From Camelus dromedarius (Eukaryota), in NCBI RefSeq assembly GCF_036321535.1, contig NC_087436.1, forward strand, positions 84,260,001-84,324,000: a stretch of 64,000 nucleotides of DNA, in the 5' to 3' direction. Below, piece after piece: positions 38,005 to 51,300 of the stretch. The first letter of the stretch is position 1; every line of letters begins with the position of its first letter. The position numbers were made by a program, and so were the translations under genes. The notes beneath the pieces are model-generated. The model worked only from the letters and a program-made list of their open reading frames with translations. It was not told where the DNA came from and ran no database searches.

Positions 38005-40483
38005 AAATGTGTCCTGTCTGGGTTTCAGAAAACAGTTTGCCACATATACACCACAAGGTCAAAGAGCAACCATTTGGAATCTTTTGCAAGTTCAGACAAC
38101 TCAATTCCATTTCAACTAAGTTATTCCATGTGCACCAAGATGTGGGAGCTGTGAGGGTTAATGAGTTAGTGAACCAAGAATCTGAGGTTCTCCAATTAAT
38201 AAATAAGCCCTAGACCACCTTCAAAGCCCAAAAGTTCCAGAACAATGGCAGCCACCTAAGAGGTCCTGTTTATGAGTTTAGCTGAGTCTAAACAGGGATA
38301 ATAAGCAGGGAAATTGCCTTACACAGTCTGAAAGCCACAGCAGGGTCAGGTCTAACACAAACTTCAGACGGGTGGTTTTGCTCCAAGGAGCTGAGCAGCT
38401 GGCTGGAGGGAAGAGAGCCTTCGGTATTTTTCCCTGGCCAACGCGGTCATTCCTTTAATCTTCTCTCAGGAATCCACTTTGTTGTCCAGTCCTGGTACAA
38501 AATACTTATTCCATAAAAGCACATGAGTGTCTGGTCTGAAGCTAAGAAGGGGCCTTTCCCTTCACTTTCTACTCCTTTGCATAGTGCACTCCTTGGTGCT
38601 TAGGGGGTTGTGGAGAGAGGGGCGTGCAGAGCAACTGGAAAAGCAAAGACAAGGAATTAGGATCTCCTGAGCCACTTTATAAAACCAATTTATCTATTTT
38701 TTAGATAAATCGAGACTTACTTGGGGATATTAAAAAGCTTGGTGAGGTAGACCCAAATTCCACAGACCTGCACTAAACGCAGTTTCATTTCAGTTTAGTT
38801 AACGTTGAGTGAGTGACTCTGAGGTGGCAGACACGGGGCTGGGCGCAGGGGTCCGGGGGAGAATGAGGCCTGGACCCGCTCTCACTAGACAGGCTGCTCA
38901 GCACCTAGCCTCGTTATGTTGTATACCTGAAACTAATAGAATGTTAGATGTCAATTATTCAATTACATCTGAATTTTAATTGATATATCTGAAAACAAAA
39001 ACAAAAACAACAACAAAGAGTTAATGGCCTGGACAAGGTGAGGGGCGCGAGGGGCGCGGGGCGTTAAGGACCCGGTCAGTCCCGGGCGGGGGAAGCAGGA
39101 GCGGACAGGTGGTTGGAGCGGAGAGCTTATTCGCGCTCCTCCATCCGAGTGCTGCTTCCCAGTGGTGAGCCTCCCAGGGCCCTGGGACTCCAGCCCACAC
39201 AGCGCAAACCCCAAGGAACTGAACCTCGCAGCTCCCTATGCAGTTGAAAGGAGAATGAATCAAGGTCTCAACCGACAACCCACAAAAAAGAAAGCGGACC
39301 GGCTCACCCCTTCCGCAGATGTAGAGCATACCCACCCTGAACAAAATGATAAACTATTGGACTGGTTTCTGAGCCCCTTTCGTATTCCATTTCTCATCCT
39401 AGTCTCCCACAGGAGGCTGTGGCTTTTTCTTTTCCCCACCCCCACCTTCTTCTATCCAAACTTAACAGGTCCTGTGTCTCATTCCTTCAAGGTTTATGCC
39501 CTGCTGAGTAACCAAGGTCACCTAAAATCACCTAATAGCACGTTTACATTTTAAGATAGGTCTTCAGTGCCTCAGCTTAGAGTATGTGATGTGAGAATTC
39601 CGGAGAAGCCCTGTGGCATTTAGGGGTCGGAGACTCAAAGTATTAAGGTTTCTTGCCCTTCCCTCCCCCTCCTGCCAAGTAATATGGTCAATGCATTCAG
39701 CATCCTCTTAATGATTTGGACCAAAGCCTCTCCATTTGATGAAAACCAGTTCTGACATTTCACCTATTCTGGTTAACTGTGTTCAGACGTATCCAATGTC
39801 TCCAAAGGCGGCCGAAGATGTAATAGTTGGCAACACCTGGGAAGGGAAGTCTTAGGATTTAGCAGCAGGGATGCCACCATCGTGAACCCACAAAAGCGCT
39901 CCAGGGCTCTCCTCACAGCTGGCCAAGGCTTAAGGAAGAACCACCAGAGACTGTCAGGGGCGTACCTGGTCTCACTCCACAGGTGCTGGGGAAAACAACT
40001 CACACTGTCAGACAGCCTATGAGAGAGAGAAGGCCTCCATACAAATAAAACACATGGCCAAATAATATTCTGAAATACGGACTTCTTCCTTTTTCTCTCT
40101 GTAGGACTCCTTTCCCTTCCTTCCATCCCAGCAGGCTCTGGCTTCATTGCCCTGAGGAAGGGATGTACAAGGGAGAAAACAGATATAGTTTGAAAGTATT
40201 TTTGCTTTTTGTTCCAGAAGCCAAATCCCTTAGGGAATCCTAGGGTGGGACCTCGTGGAAAAGATTAAAGAAAGAGAATCTGTGTCATCCCCAGACTGGA
40301 AAGAGTTTTTTTTACAGGTGAGAGTCAAGAGGAAAAAATGAGAGGCTGTGGATTCCAGGAGCAGAAAAGATCTGTGCCTGGCTTGGCACAGTTACTACTA
40401 CAGGAAAAAATCCCAGAGAGAGAATGTGCAGAGGCAGATAGCATCAAAGGCAGCCCTGCCAAGGACTCCCACACGCCAGTCAC

Positions 40484-40531
40484 GGAGGAAAGCAGCAGAC
40501 AGGGGGAGGAAAGCAGCAGACAGGGGGAGGA
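40484..40531 (+). repeat. 21-bp tandem repeat, 2.3 copies
   Basis: ggaggaaagcagcagacaggg twice, then ggagga. Confidence 0.9.
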
Positions 40532-41389
40532 CCTGCAGGGAACAGGCAGACAGAGATGACACGTCCTAGCAGTAGCCTGCATGGACCAAGGCCCAGAGGA
40601 TCATCCCCACCCCACCTCCAAGCCCCACCACTCAATATCTTGGCACTCGGACGGAGGCTCTTGGAACCCCAGAAAGATGCGAGGCTGTTTTCCCACCAGC
40701 TCAGTGGAGTAAGGCTTGAGGACTGAAATCAAGCCGAGTTAGAATAAAGACATGTTATTCATAGACCTGAGATTATGTCCACGATTGAAGGTGGTGAACG
40801 GCAAGAGGGGAAGGATGTAAACGGCCCCAGGGCTAGAGGAAACTGGGGTCTGATCGTGAGCTCAAGTTTGAATTCTCCACCGCAGAGAAGAGGTCACAGA
40901 CCTGGTTCTCTGCCTAGGCAAAAGCAAAAACAAAAACAAAAAAACTGACAAAGTTAAATGTGTGATTACTGATCAACAAGATACTAACAATAAAGCCCTT
41001 CGTTAAACACCTTCATATATGTTTGTTGACACGGTGAATCCTGTAGTGATAATTGCTAAGATAGTGTTTACTTACTAAATAAATTGAAGAAGATTTAGAA
41101 ATTTTCCTATGAAGGGTGAAATTTATTCCTCTGAGTAGACTGATTTAATGTTCATGATAGTCAACCAAGTGAGAAAGCTTATTTTGGCAACAGGTACAAG
41201 ACATTCTATTGCTCTCATTTTGTTCTTAATCCTTATGCCCTTGCAAAATAAACAATGCACCTTTATGCAGACTAAACAAAAGACTGAAACCGAAAGCATG
41301 TTTTAACCAGATTTGTGTTGGATGATTCAAGATTTCCCCAAGAATGTATCATGCAACAATCTCCTCAACCACTAATTTACCTTTTTTCC

Positions 41390-41745
41390 TAATTAATAGA
41401 CTTTATAATTGGGGGAAAGTTTTAGGTTTTCAGAAAAATTGAGTGGACAGTACAGAGTTCCCATATATCTCCTCTCCTCTCATTTTCTCCCACTATTAAT
41501 ATGTTGTATTAGGGTGGTACAATTGTTATCATTGATGAGCCAATATCAATACATTATTATTAACTAACATCCATAGTTTACATTAGGATTCACTCTGTGT
41601 TGTACAGTCTGTGGATCTGGACAAGTGCATAATGCCACACATCTACCATTAACATACCATACAGAATAATTTCATTCCCCTAAAAATCTCCTGTGCTCCA
41701 CAGATTCATCTTTCCTCTCTTCCCCTCCCAAACCTGACAACCACT
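41390..41745 (-). mobile_element. L1MA/MB-type 3' end
   Basis: ttttaggttttcagaaaaattgag ... attgatgagccaat ... catagtttacattagg. Confidence 0.75.
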
Positions 41746-41754
41746 CCAATTTGC

Positions 41755-41905
41755 TTTTTTTCTTTTAATTTTTATTTCTTTATTTTTTATTTTGAAGGGA
41801 GGTAATTAGGTTTTTATTTATATATTTTTAATGGAGGTACTGGGGTTGAACCCAGGACCTTGTGCCTGCTAGGCATATACTCTACCCCTGAGCTATACTC
41901 TCCCC
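41755..41905 (-). mobile_element. tRNA-derived SINE (Vic-1-like)
   Basis: T-rich tail, then ggaggtactggggttgaacccaggacct ... ctgagctata, the reverse of the 28943 element. Confidence 0.88.
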
Positions 41906-42919
41906 TCTTTCAACTTGCTCTTATTATTAACACAAACAACTCTGGAGAAAATGATGGCCCAATGAATATAAGCAATATTTACATAGGTTTAAATTAAGTC
42001 CCCATCTTTATCAGTAGACAGGCTTTTATTTTGTCTATAGCTGTAATAACTGTACTGCTTTGAATTCAAATTGTTTTCAATCAGCATTATCTCATAGATC
42101 TTATTCCATGTACAGCACGGTTCACATACTTGTCACCTCTAATCTTGCCATAATTTTTAAGGATGAATTACCTTATAGTTGCCATGATTTTGCAGGATTA
42201 ATTGCCCTACAGTTTTGAGATGTTTGTTCAAATTTCAGCTCTTCTACGTAAACAACTGCCACTGAATTACAATTTGATCCTTTACTCATGAACTAAATAG
42301 TGTCTAGCTTTTGTCCACCCTCTTTTACAGAGGTCATATTTTACTCAAATAACAAGTTTTTGGAAGATCTCTCATAAATTAAGATTCATTTTCCCAAAGG
42401 AATAAATAAAGACTACGAGGGATGTATTCCTGGAGTACAAAAATCTGTAACTATTAGAGCATATTTTTTCTTTAACGCTGCTTTTAATTTTAGGCACTAT
42501 TTTTAAATTGCCCCACAGGGTTATCTCTTTAATAGCACAGCATTAGTTTGGTTAATTGGCCTTACTCACACCATTTTATCATATCTAACTTTGATTTTGA
42601 ACTTTTTGATTTATGGTTGCATTTTTCAAGCCCTAGTTTTAGCAATATCATAACTTGAATAATATTTTATACGATTTGTAAAATCCTATAAAAATCTTTT
42701 AAATTATAGTAATAGCATATGTCAGAATAACAATGTAATAAATGCTAAAATCACAGGTAGAATTTGAGATGTCTTCAAATAACCATAGTTCTGACACTGA
42801 AAGTGAAGAGAATTACAGTTTGCTGGCTAAAGAGACATGACCAGATGCCAGGCAGCACCAGAGAACAGTTTATAAGTCATTTCCTTATGCAGCAAGACAG
42901 TATTTCCACATCATACTAC

Positions 42920-43411
42920 TGTTGTGGGGACCAAGAGTTGATATGAAGATTATTTTAAGCTGAAGACATTTGAGATTCAGCAGATGCGGAAAGAAGTCTC
43001 AGAACTTCCCTTATCTGACTAAAAGCAGCAAACTCTGGGAAACGAGGCTGCCATAAATCCCATCTGGGGAGTTCCACAGCTCGGAAGGCAGAAAGACCAC
43101 TGCACCTGCATAAACATTCTCACAAACCTTCTTCTCTCCCATTTGTTCTCCTAAAAACCCATTTGTCTTTCCTGAAGAAACCTATTTGTCTTCCCGTAGA
43201 GCCTTTTTCTTCCCTCCCTCGTCCTTACTAAGTTAGGTCTATAAACCTCTCTAATGTCACCCATTTAAAGAGCCAGCTACTTCTTTTGTTGGCTTTCATA
43301 TGCATACGAATAAACCTTTTTACCCCATTAATCTCCCTCTTGTCAGTTTAATTCACAGGCCCAAGGACACTAAACCTAACAGGGTAAAGGAAAAGTTTTT
43401 CCTTTCTAACG
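42920..43411 (+). mobile_element. ERV1-class solo LTR (MER39/MER34-like)
   Basis: TG start, TATA-like ctataaa, internal AATAAA and ggaaaagtttttcc end. Confidence 0.65.
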
Positions 43412-43963
43412 TTTTAGACTCACAAAGTGCTTATTTTCAAGCCCCAACCCAGACCTGCTGAATCAGAATCTCTGGGGAGTGAAACTCCAGAATCTGTGTT
43501 GTAACAAGTCCTCTGAGTGATTTCTTGTGCAGGGAAAGTCTGAGTAGCACTTATCTAGAGCAGTGGTTCTCAAGCTGTGCAGCAGTACCACTTGGGCAAC
43601 TTTTGAAAGAGTGGTTCCTGGGCCTCACCTTAACATTTCGGTTCAGCTGGTGGAGGGCTGGATGGTCAGGGGTTGCAATGGCAGACCTGGTTTAGGTATT
43701 CTTCTAAAGCTTCCCTGGTGACTCTAAGGTACAGCCAGGGTTGAGCTCCCCAGGTCCAGAGCCTGTTGGCATGCTGCAGATAACTGCCAGAGAGATGACT
43801 GAGCACAGGTCCTCTGAGGTGAACTGAAGCAGCTTACAAACTCCCCGACCTAAGGAGCTTCACCGGCAGTGTGTGATTTCAAGAACAAACCAGATTCCTT
43901 CTCTCGAGATAAGCAAGCATCCCTCTTCCACCTGCAAATCCCCCGCTCCTTTCTGTCACTGGG

Positions 43964-44480
43964 TGTGACGGTTAATTCGATGCACCAACTTGAATGGCCA
44001 GGGGGCACCCAGACTAAATATTATTTCTAGATGCGTCTGCGAGGGTGTTTCCAGGTAAGATTAATTATTTGCCCTGGTGGACTCAGTGGATGGCCCTCGT
44101 CCATGTGGGTGGGCATCACCTAATCTGTTGAGGGCCTGAATAGAACAAAAAGCAGAAGGTGGAATTTGCCTCTTTTTTTAAATTGCCTTATTGTTAGAGC
44201 TAGGACATATCATCTCAGGCGCTCAGACTGGAATTTATATCATCAGATCCCCTGGGTCTCAGGCCTTCAGACTCCAACTGAATTATACCCCTGGCTTTGC
44301 TGGATCTCCAGCTTGCAGACAGCAGATCATGGGTCTTCTCAGCCTCCATAATCTCATTAGCCAATTCCTCATAATAAATCCCAGATAGACAGACAGGTGG
44401 ATAGGAAGGAAGGAAGGGAGGGAGGAAGGAAGATACCCTCACGCTGCTTCTGTCTCTCTGGTGAACCCCGGGCAAGCACA
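43964..44480 (+). mobile_element. MLT2-type (ERVL) solo LTR
   Basis: tgtgacggttaatt start, gagggcctgaatagaacaaaa, ccagcttgcagacagcagatc. Confidence 0.85.
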
Positions 44481-47400
44481 AACACCGAGGAGGTAAGAAC
44501 ATCTTAAAAGACTGGAGCAGCCTGACGCACCAGATTGAAAGGGAGAAATTCAGGGGCTCGGGATCCAGTGCTGTTTGTTGTCCTTTAGTCTTGCTGGAAT
44601 TGTGCATGTGCAAGGCAAGGCCCCTTCAGAATAGCTTAAGGATGTATGGGGCTATTTCTCCTAAGGGGTTAGTACAGCTTATATTCTCAGCTTCTAGGAT
44701 TTTATAAACTCTGACATGCTGAGGTATAAATGGCTGATTTGGTTTCTGTCTGTGTTTGCATTTTGAAAAAGGGATAAAGCCTCAGGTTATGGGAAAACAA
44801 TTCTGGAGGTGGAATTTGATGCACTAGCAAACTTGCAGGAGAAATGGGGGCTGGATGAGAAAATAACACAGTAATGATAACAGTCATTGAGTATTGACCA
44901 TGAGGCGTGCCTACACTCAGGGCACTCACCCATGTCTCATTTAATCTTCAAACAATGCTGGAGGTAAGCTGGAGAACTTGAACCCAAACCATATGCACCC
45001 ACACAGTTCACAGTCTGCATTCACATGACTTTTACCCACCACCTTCAGTAATATACCTTAGGAAACTCTTACACACAATTTGTATTATCCTGAAGGCACT
45101 CCACTGGCCTCATCAATTCTCAAAGGCTCCTTCAGAAATCCTCACCTTGCTGTATCTGTCAAGCTCTTGCCCAATTCTAATCAAGCCTGAAACTCATAAA
45201 TATCCCACCACTGCCCTTTCTTTATTTCATGCTGTTAAGACTCTGTCAAGGTCAGGATCTCCCTTATCTCACTGAGCTATAAACTCAGCTCTGCTTGGTC
45301 CACCAGCTCCTTGGTGGTGCTTTGGGGAGCAGCATTTGACAGTATTATTTTTATCTCCGTTTTGCAAATGGGGAAACTGAGGCCCAGAGGAGTTAGTAAA
45401 TTTATTCAAAGACATAGAGATAGTAAGTGGTGAGCCCAGGGTTCAAATTCTGTCATTCTGATTCCAGAAAATACACTCCCAGCCATGTCTACACTGCCTC
45501 CCTATAAATTTGACATCAGACAACACAGTCACTTATTTTTTCTCCACCAATGACAAGGGAAGCAGGAAATGGCTCCCTGACCCAGGCTACCCTGACGCAA
45601 GCTTTAAGCTTGTGGAAGCCAGGGCTGTGGTACTTTCAAACTATTCAAGCCCCAGGGCACTTCTGTCTGCTTAGACGATTACAGAAACCATGGTGTGTTA
45701 CCTGGGGTCTGTTATTGCTTTCCTTTGATGTGCATCTGCTCAAGCCACAGCCACCCTCACCCTGTTCACAGAGCAGCTGCCTGCCCCCCACCATCGTGTC
45801 CCTAGTATCCTGGGGCAGATTCACTCCCCACTTCACACTGAAGACCAGCTGCTTCTTTCTGCTCCCCTGCTCCCCACAGCCACCTTTCTCTGTCTCCAGC
45901 CTTATGCCTGCCCTGTCTTGCACTCCAGCCTAAGATGCCCAACATCCTGGAAGTTCTAGCAGACCACGCCTTGGCAACAGCGAGCAGGCAGGCAGGCAGA
46001 TGCATGCAGCTATGGGTGGGGAAGCTTTCCCACCTGGCAGTCCCTCCCAGATGGAGAAGAAAAACCAACACAAACTGTGAAAGAACACGTGACTTCAGGC
46101 TCCTTGTCCTTACTGCCTGGGCTAGGTCTCTGCTGCCAATGGTGGCATGGATAGAGTGTATTCTGTCTGCTCTGGGGGATGGAGCAGAACTGCCGAGAGA
46201 TTCAGTCCAATTCAAGAGGAGAAATCCATTAGAAATTAGAAATCCATTTGGTCCACCAAAATCACATTCTCCAAACAGCATTATAGGTAGTATATGAATT
46301 ATTCTGAATTCCATCTGCCCAGGTTTCTCAATAGTTTCTGGACTCCGGCAGGGAACGGATGGGTATAATTTATCAGAAACTTCCATATCTCAGTAGCAAA
46401 CACTATTAGCCCCTTTTCATTGAAAAGCTAAGTAATTTGTACAAGATTGTATCACTAATACTTGGTGGAGCCTTATTACAGAATCAGCCTCCTTGACCAG
46501 AAGTAGAGCTGCCTTCACTTCCTCTCCCCTTGACTGCGGAAGCCATGTAACATTTATGCCCCCATTTTTTTCCATCAACCAAATCCAGGTTAACAAACAA
46601 GTCTTAAACACCTTCTCTGTTCCCACTTATTCTTTACATCTGGTGTGTCAAGCATTGCAGCCCAGAGGTCAACAGAGGCATCCTGACCTTTGAAAATTCA
46701 ATTAGAATTGACTTGAAACCTCTCCCCCATGTAAGTGTGGTGAAAGTCCCGAGTCCCTCCCATGCCCCTGGATTCGCGGTGGGAGCAGGGGTTTGTCTTA
46801 TTATTCCTAGTGGGTATTCCTCATGATCCCACTTCCACCAAGTTATGAATTCTCACCTTTTGTATGTGCTATTTCTCCCCCACACTAACCCCAGGCACGG
46901 AGTGCAAACACCTTACCTTGGTTCCACTTTAAACAGCCTCTATACCAAACACGTGGGAGTAAAGCAGACTGACTGGCATGCAGAGTGCTGGGGGAGTTTC
47001 ACATTGCTCAGGCCCCTGAAGCCTCTGCTGAGACCTGTAACCGTCCATCTTGCTCCCCTCCTACCTTGCACTTTATTATGTAAAACTTCAAACATATCTA
47101 ATAGAAGAGAGAATATTACAATGAACCCTATGCTAATCACTTAGTTTCAACAATCCTCAACTCACAACAAAGAGTTACTTCATCTATACCCTCATCCGCT
47201 ACCCCGTTGGGATTATTGCAAAGCAAACTCCAGATATCACTTTATTCACAAATGTTTCAGCTTGCATCTCTAAAAGAATTTCTTTTAAAACCACAACCAA
47301 TACCCTCCTAAATATAATTAATAGCAATTCTCTAACATCAGCAAATATCAAGTCACGGTTCCCCCTCACCTGGTCCCACCTCTCACCTCCTGGCTCCAAC

Positions 47401-47494
47401 CACAGCTAACCGGGATGCCGTGCACATGTGTATCTCCAGGAGATCTCAGGTCTCAGTGCTGCAACACAGACTCATGCAAGGACTGCCTGCCTGA

Positions 47495-47748
47495 ACCTGG
47501 CCAATTGCTCCACTGGGCACAGTAGGCCTGCTGCCTACAGCCCACAATATTTTTAGGAGCTTACAAAAATGTTTTAGTTATTTTTATATGAGAAGGGAAA
47601 AATGAACTTTTAGTAACAAAACAGCCTTAATATAAAATATTAACATGTTCATCTTTATACTAATGCAGTCATAAAATATAATTTTTAATATTATTTTAAG
47701 GAACAAAGGACGCAGAAAGGCAAAAGTGCCTAGGGTCCATCAGCCCTG
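47495..47748. mobile_element. hAT-Tip100-like DNA transposon fragment
   Basis: AT-rich core (gcagtcataaaatata) and an aaggcaaaagtgcctaggg end; similar to the segment at 63240-63700. Confidence 0.5.
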
Positions 47749-47862
47749 CCCCTGCCATCCCCTTTTCGATGTCTCAAAGGCATCCTCTAACCTAAGTGTC
47801 CAGAACTGAGCCCAAGCTTCTCCACTCTTTTGGTCATCTCCCTGTCAGTCAAAGGGTAACTA

Positions 47863-48325
47863 TTGTGGAAATAAAGGAAGATCAACTAAATGAGAACACA
47901 TCCAGGCTATTTACTCAGAGATTGCTATGCCAAGGGAGTCAGCCGCCACCACTTGCATTTGGCAGAGACTCAAAGGCAGAGGAGTGGGCCAGTTTTATAG
48001 CTGCGGGCAGGGGACAAAGGCTTTGGGAACGCTCTGTTAGACACTGTTGGCATGGGGAATTTGGAGATCAGCTAACTTAGAAACTGGGCATCATATGTGA
48101 GTCACTTATGGAATATATTTGGCTTTCTCTGGTTGATAATGAGTTGGGAGTGGAGGCCAAAAGTAGGCACCAAGAGGGACCATTGACCAGATCCTGACCA
48201 TTCTAGGCTGGCTGCTACAGAGGTTGTGGTTTGGATTCCTAACCTGGTTGCTACAGAGGTTGTGGGTCAGAGTTCTGTTGTCATATACGGCCTGGCCATT
48301 GTCCATCTGTATATTCAGAGTCTCA
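47863..48325. mobile_element. ERV1-class solo LTR inserted in an L2 fragment
   Basis: TG...CA ends and an internal duplicated tgctacagaggttgtgg. Flanked by L2-like sequence (about 47750-49520). Confidence 0.55.
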
Positions 48326-51300
48326 CTATCTATCCTGTTTCAGAAACTAGAAATCAAGAATTATCTTGAATGCTTTTCTCTCCCCTACCCCATATCCAAT
48401 TCATCACTAAATCCTGTGAGAACTCACCTCCTCAACTACCTCTCAATTCTGTCACTTCTTCCCATCTCCACCACGGTACCACCAAGCTATTCACACCCTT
48501 CATCTGATCTACTAAGTAGCCTCCTAACTTGTCTGCCAATCGCCACTGCCCCCTCCCCAATTTATCTGTCAAGGTAATTTCTTCAAAAGGCAACCATGAT
48601 TACATTATCCGTATGCTTAAATTATTTCAACAGCTCCCACTGGCTTCAGGATAAAGACTGAAATCTTAAACATGGCCTCCAGGGCCCGGTACAGCCTGGC
48701 TTCCATCCTCTGCCTCCTCATTGATCACACAACGTCTTTTTACTTCCTATCTGAGCCACATTGGCCGTTCAGTCCCACATCTACCACAGGCGGTTTACTG
48801 GAAGGCTGTGCACAGCTCCTCTGTCAAAGGAATAGGTGAAGGGCCATGGGAGGGCCAGGGCAGCTCCAGGGACACAGCAGGAGGAGCAAAATGAAGCCTC
48901 ATCAGGTCGCCATTACTGGGAAGTACTGGCTCCAGCCACCCCTGCCACTTGCACCACTCTGCCCTGGAGGAGAGATCAGCGAGCCTGGCTGGCTCAGGCC
49001 ACGTGCCCAGGCCTGGGCCAGGGCACCTGGAATAAAAGCCCCAATAATCCTCTATCAGTGAAGAGAAAGTAATTCCCCAAGAGAAAACTGGGAGTTCTTA
49101 CCAGAAGAGGCAGGAATGGGTGCAGTGTGGCCCCCAAATCAACAGACGGCCACTAAACACGTGTTCTCACTACCTGGACTGACTTCTTGTCCCCTCTTTG
49201 TTAGTTAACCCCACTCAGTTTTTAGAGTTCAGCCCAAACGTCCCTTCATTAAAGACGCTTTCCCTCACCTTCCCGAGGGAGTCAAAGTTCTCTAATCCGT
49301 CACCTCATAGCACTATAACCTCTCCTCGTAGCACTTGCCACTGCTGTAATTTTACACTTATTTGTGAATGTCTGAATAGCATCCATCTCTCCCAAATGAC
49401 TAAACAGCACAAGAGAGCAGAGCCCATATCTGTTCAGCTCACTATGATAGCTCCAGTGCCCAGCACAGTACCTGGCAAAGAAAGATATTCAATGAACATT
49501 CATTTAATGTATGAATCAAGCCACAAATATATTTATTTTCCTGGTGATATGAATTATGCCACCCCCACAGACGGCAAAAGGAGCTGAATTTTTAAACAAC
49601 TTTTCCCTATTCATACCTTATTACATACTTTTATTTAATCTTTAAAATAGTGCAGTAGGAACTCACTTTTCACATAAAGAAACTGAGGCACAGGGAGTTA
49701 GGGAATTTGTTCAAAATCACATACCTGGTAAATGATCCATGTGGGATACAAACCCAGGTCTGTCTGATTCTAAAACTCAAGTTCAAAATTCCCAAATGGT
49801 GTTATATACCAATTTCACCTCAATTTAAAAAAAAGAAGTGGTTGAGGTCAAATTTAAAATGTATATGTATAAAAAAAGTATACATATATTGCATGTATAT
49901 AATTTTTCCTTCTGGTTTCCAAAGAAGCTATTTAGAATAATGAATAATAAAATAATAATTTAAAAATAATTAAAATTAGCTACTAATTTTTAAAACAATC
50001 TGGAGAGAGTATTCAATATGTCTAGTCTGTCTTTCAGACAAAAATCCAAAGTACAGAACATTTCATAAATTGTTCAAAAAAGGCAGAAAATCCATGGTTA
50101 AATATAATGAGACAACACCAGGAGGATTCAGTTTATCACTTTTTTCCCCATAGTTTAGCACTGTTAAAGTTAAATAAAGGTACATAACATCTCGTTGTTT
50201 TTCAGTAAGAAATATAAACAAGGTAGAATCATGTCTTCTCTATCTCTTCTTACAGTATAACTGAAGGTAAACTAGTAATATTTGGGAATTAAAGAAATTA
50301 AAATTACTACTTAAATGTGAGGTACTTCTTTGCTATTACTTTTCAATTACAACTACCAGAATAATAGTGGTCAATTAACACTCATTAGTACACCATTTAA
50401 GTTTAGTCAACAATACCCATTCTCTTTTCAATATTTAGATGAATAAATTTAATTTTCCTACTGTTCAAAAAAATCAAAACATATTTTATATCAACATTTT
50501 AATGAGCTTTTCTTTAATAATTAATTCAACGTGAAGTTAGTCAACACTTAACTGAGTTACGAAAATAGACTATTCAGATGTTGAGCTGGGGCACAATGAT
50601 AGTCAAGTTCAGCAAAAATCCTGTTTAACCTGATCTAATGGGAACTTTCAATTAAGGTTTCATTTTGTTTGTTTTGGAGAATCAGAGGAGGAAAGGAGGG
50701 AATATTATAATGTAGAACAGGATAAAACAGTTTTAACCTTTATTATTTGTCCAGAGAAATTCTGGGCCTTCCTTAACTAGTAGCTTTTTGAAAAAAATCC
50801 TTTGACACTTCAGGTAGACCATGAATAGTCTGATTGATGCTGTATTCCAAAATGGACAATCTTAACTTTCCTAAATTTCACGTATCTAATAAGGAGAAAA
50901 TCACATTCTCCACCTTTCTCCTTCTAACAGGGAGCTGAAAATCACTCCAAGGCCTGACAGTTAACTCCTACTATTTGGGAATAAAAGCTGCGGAAACATA
51001 GACATTCACAGCTATTACCCTTGAAAGTGAAAAGGGGTGAGAACACATTCGAGCCTCTTAGTGAAATTATCGTAACACTCGGTAGTTCATTACAGGCCTC
51101 TGTAACATTCCTCAGTGAGACTATTTAATTATAACTTAACCACTTCTTTAAAGGATTTAGGAAGTTTTCAGTTTACACATAAACACATACTAAAGACAGG
51201 CACACATGCATATGAACAGGCACACATATACACACTCCATGGAGCAAGTAAAAACAAATTCAGATTAAAGCACAAGAAACCAGGTAGAAGAGGGGCATGA

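Noticed and set aside
45802..46386. 194-aa minus-strand ORF and overlapping 120-127 aa ORFs
   Set aside because: No recognisable domain or convincing exon structure; overlapping frames on both strands suggest chance.
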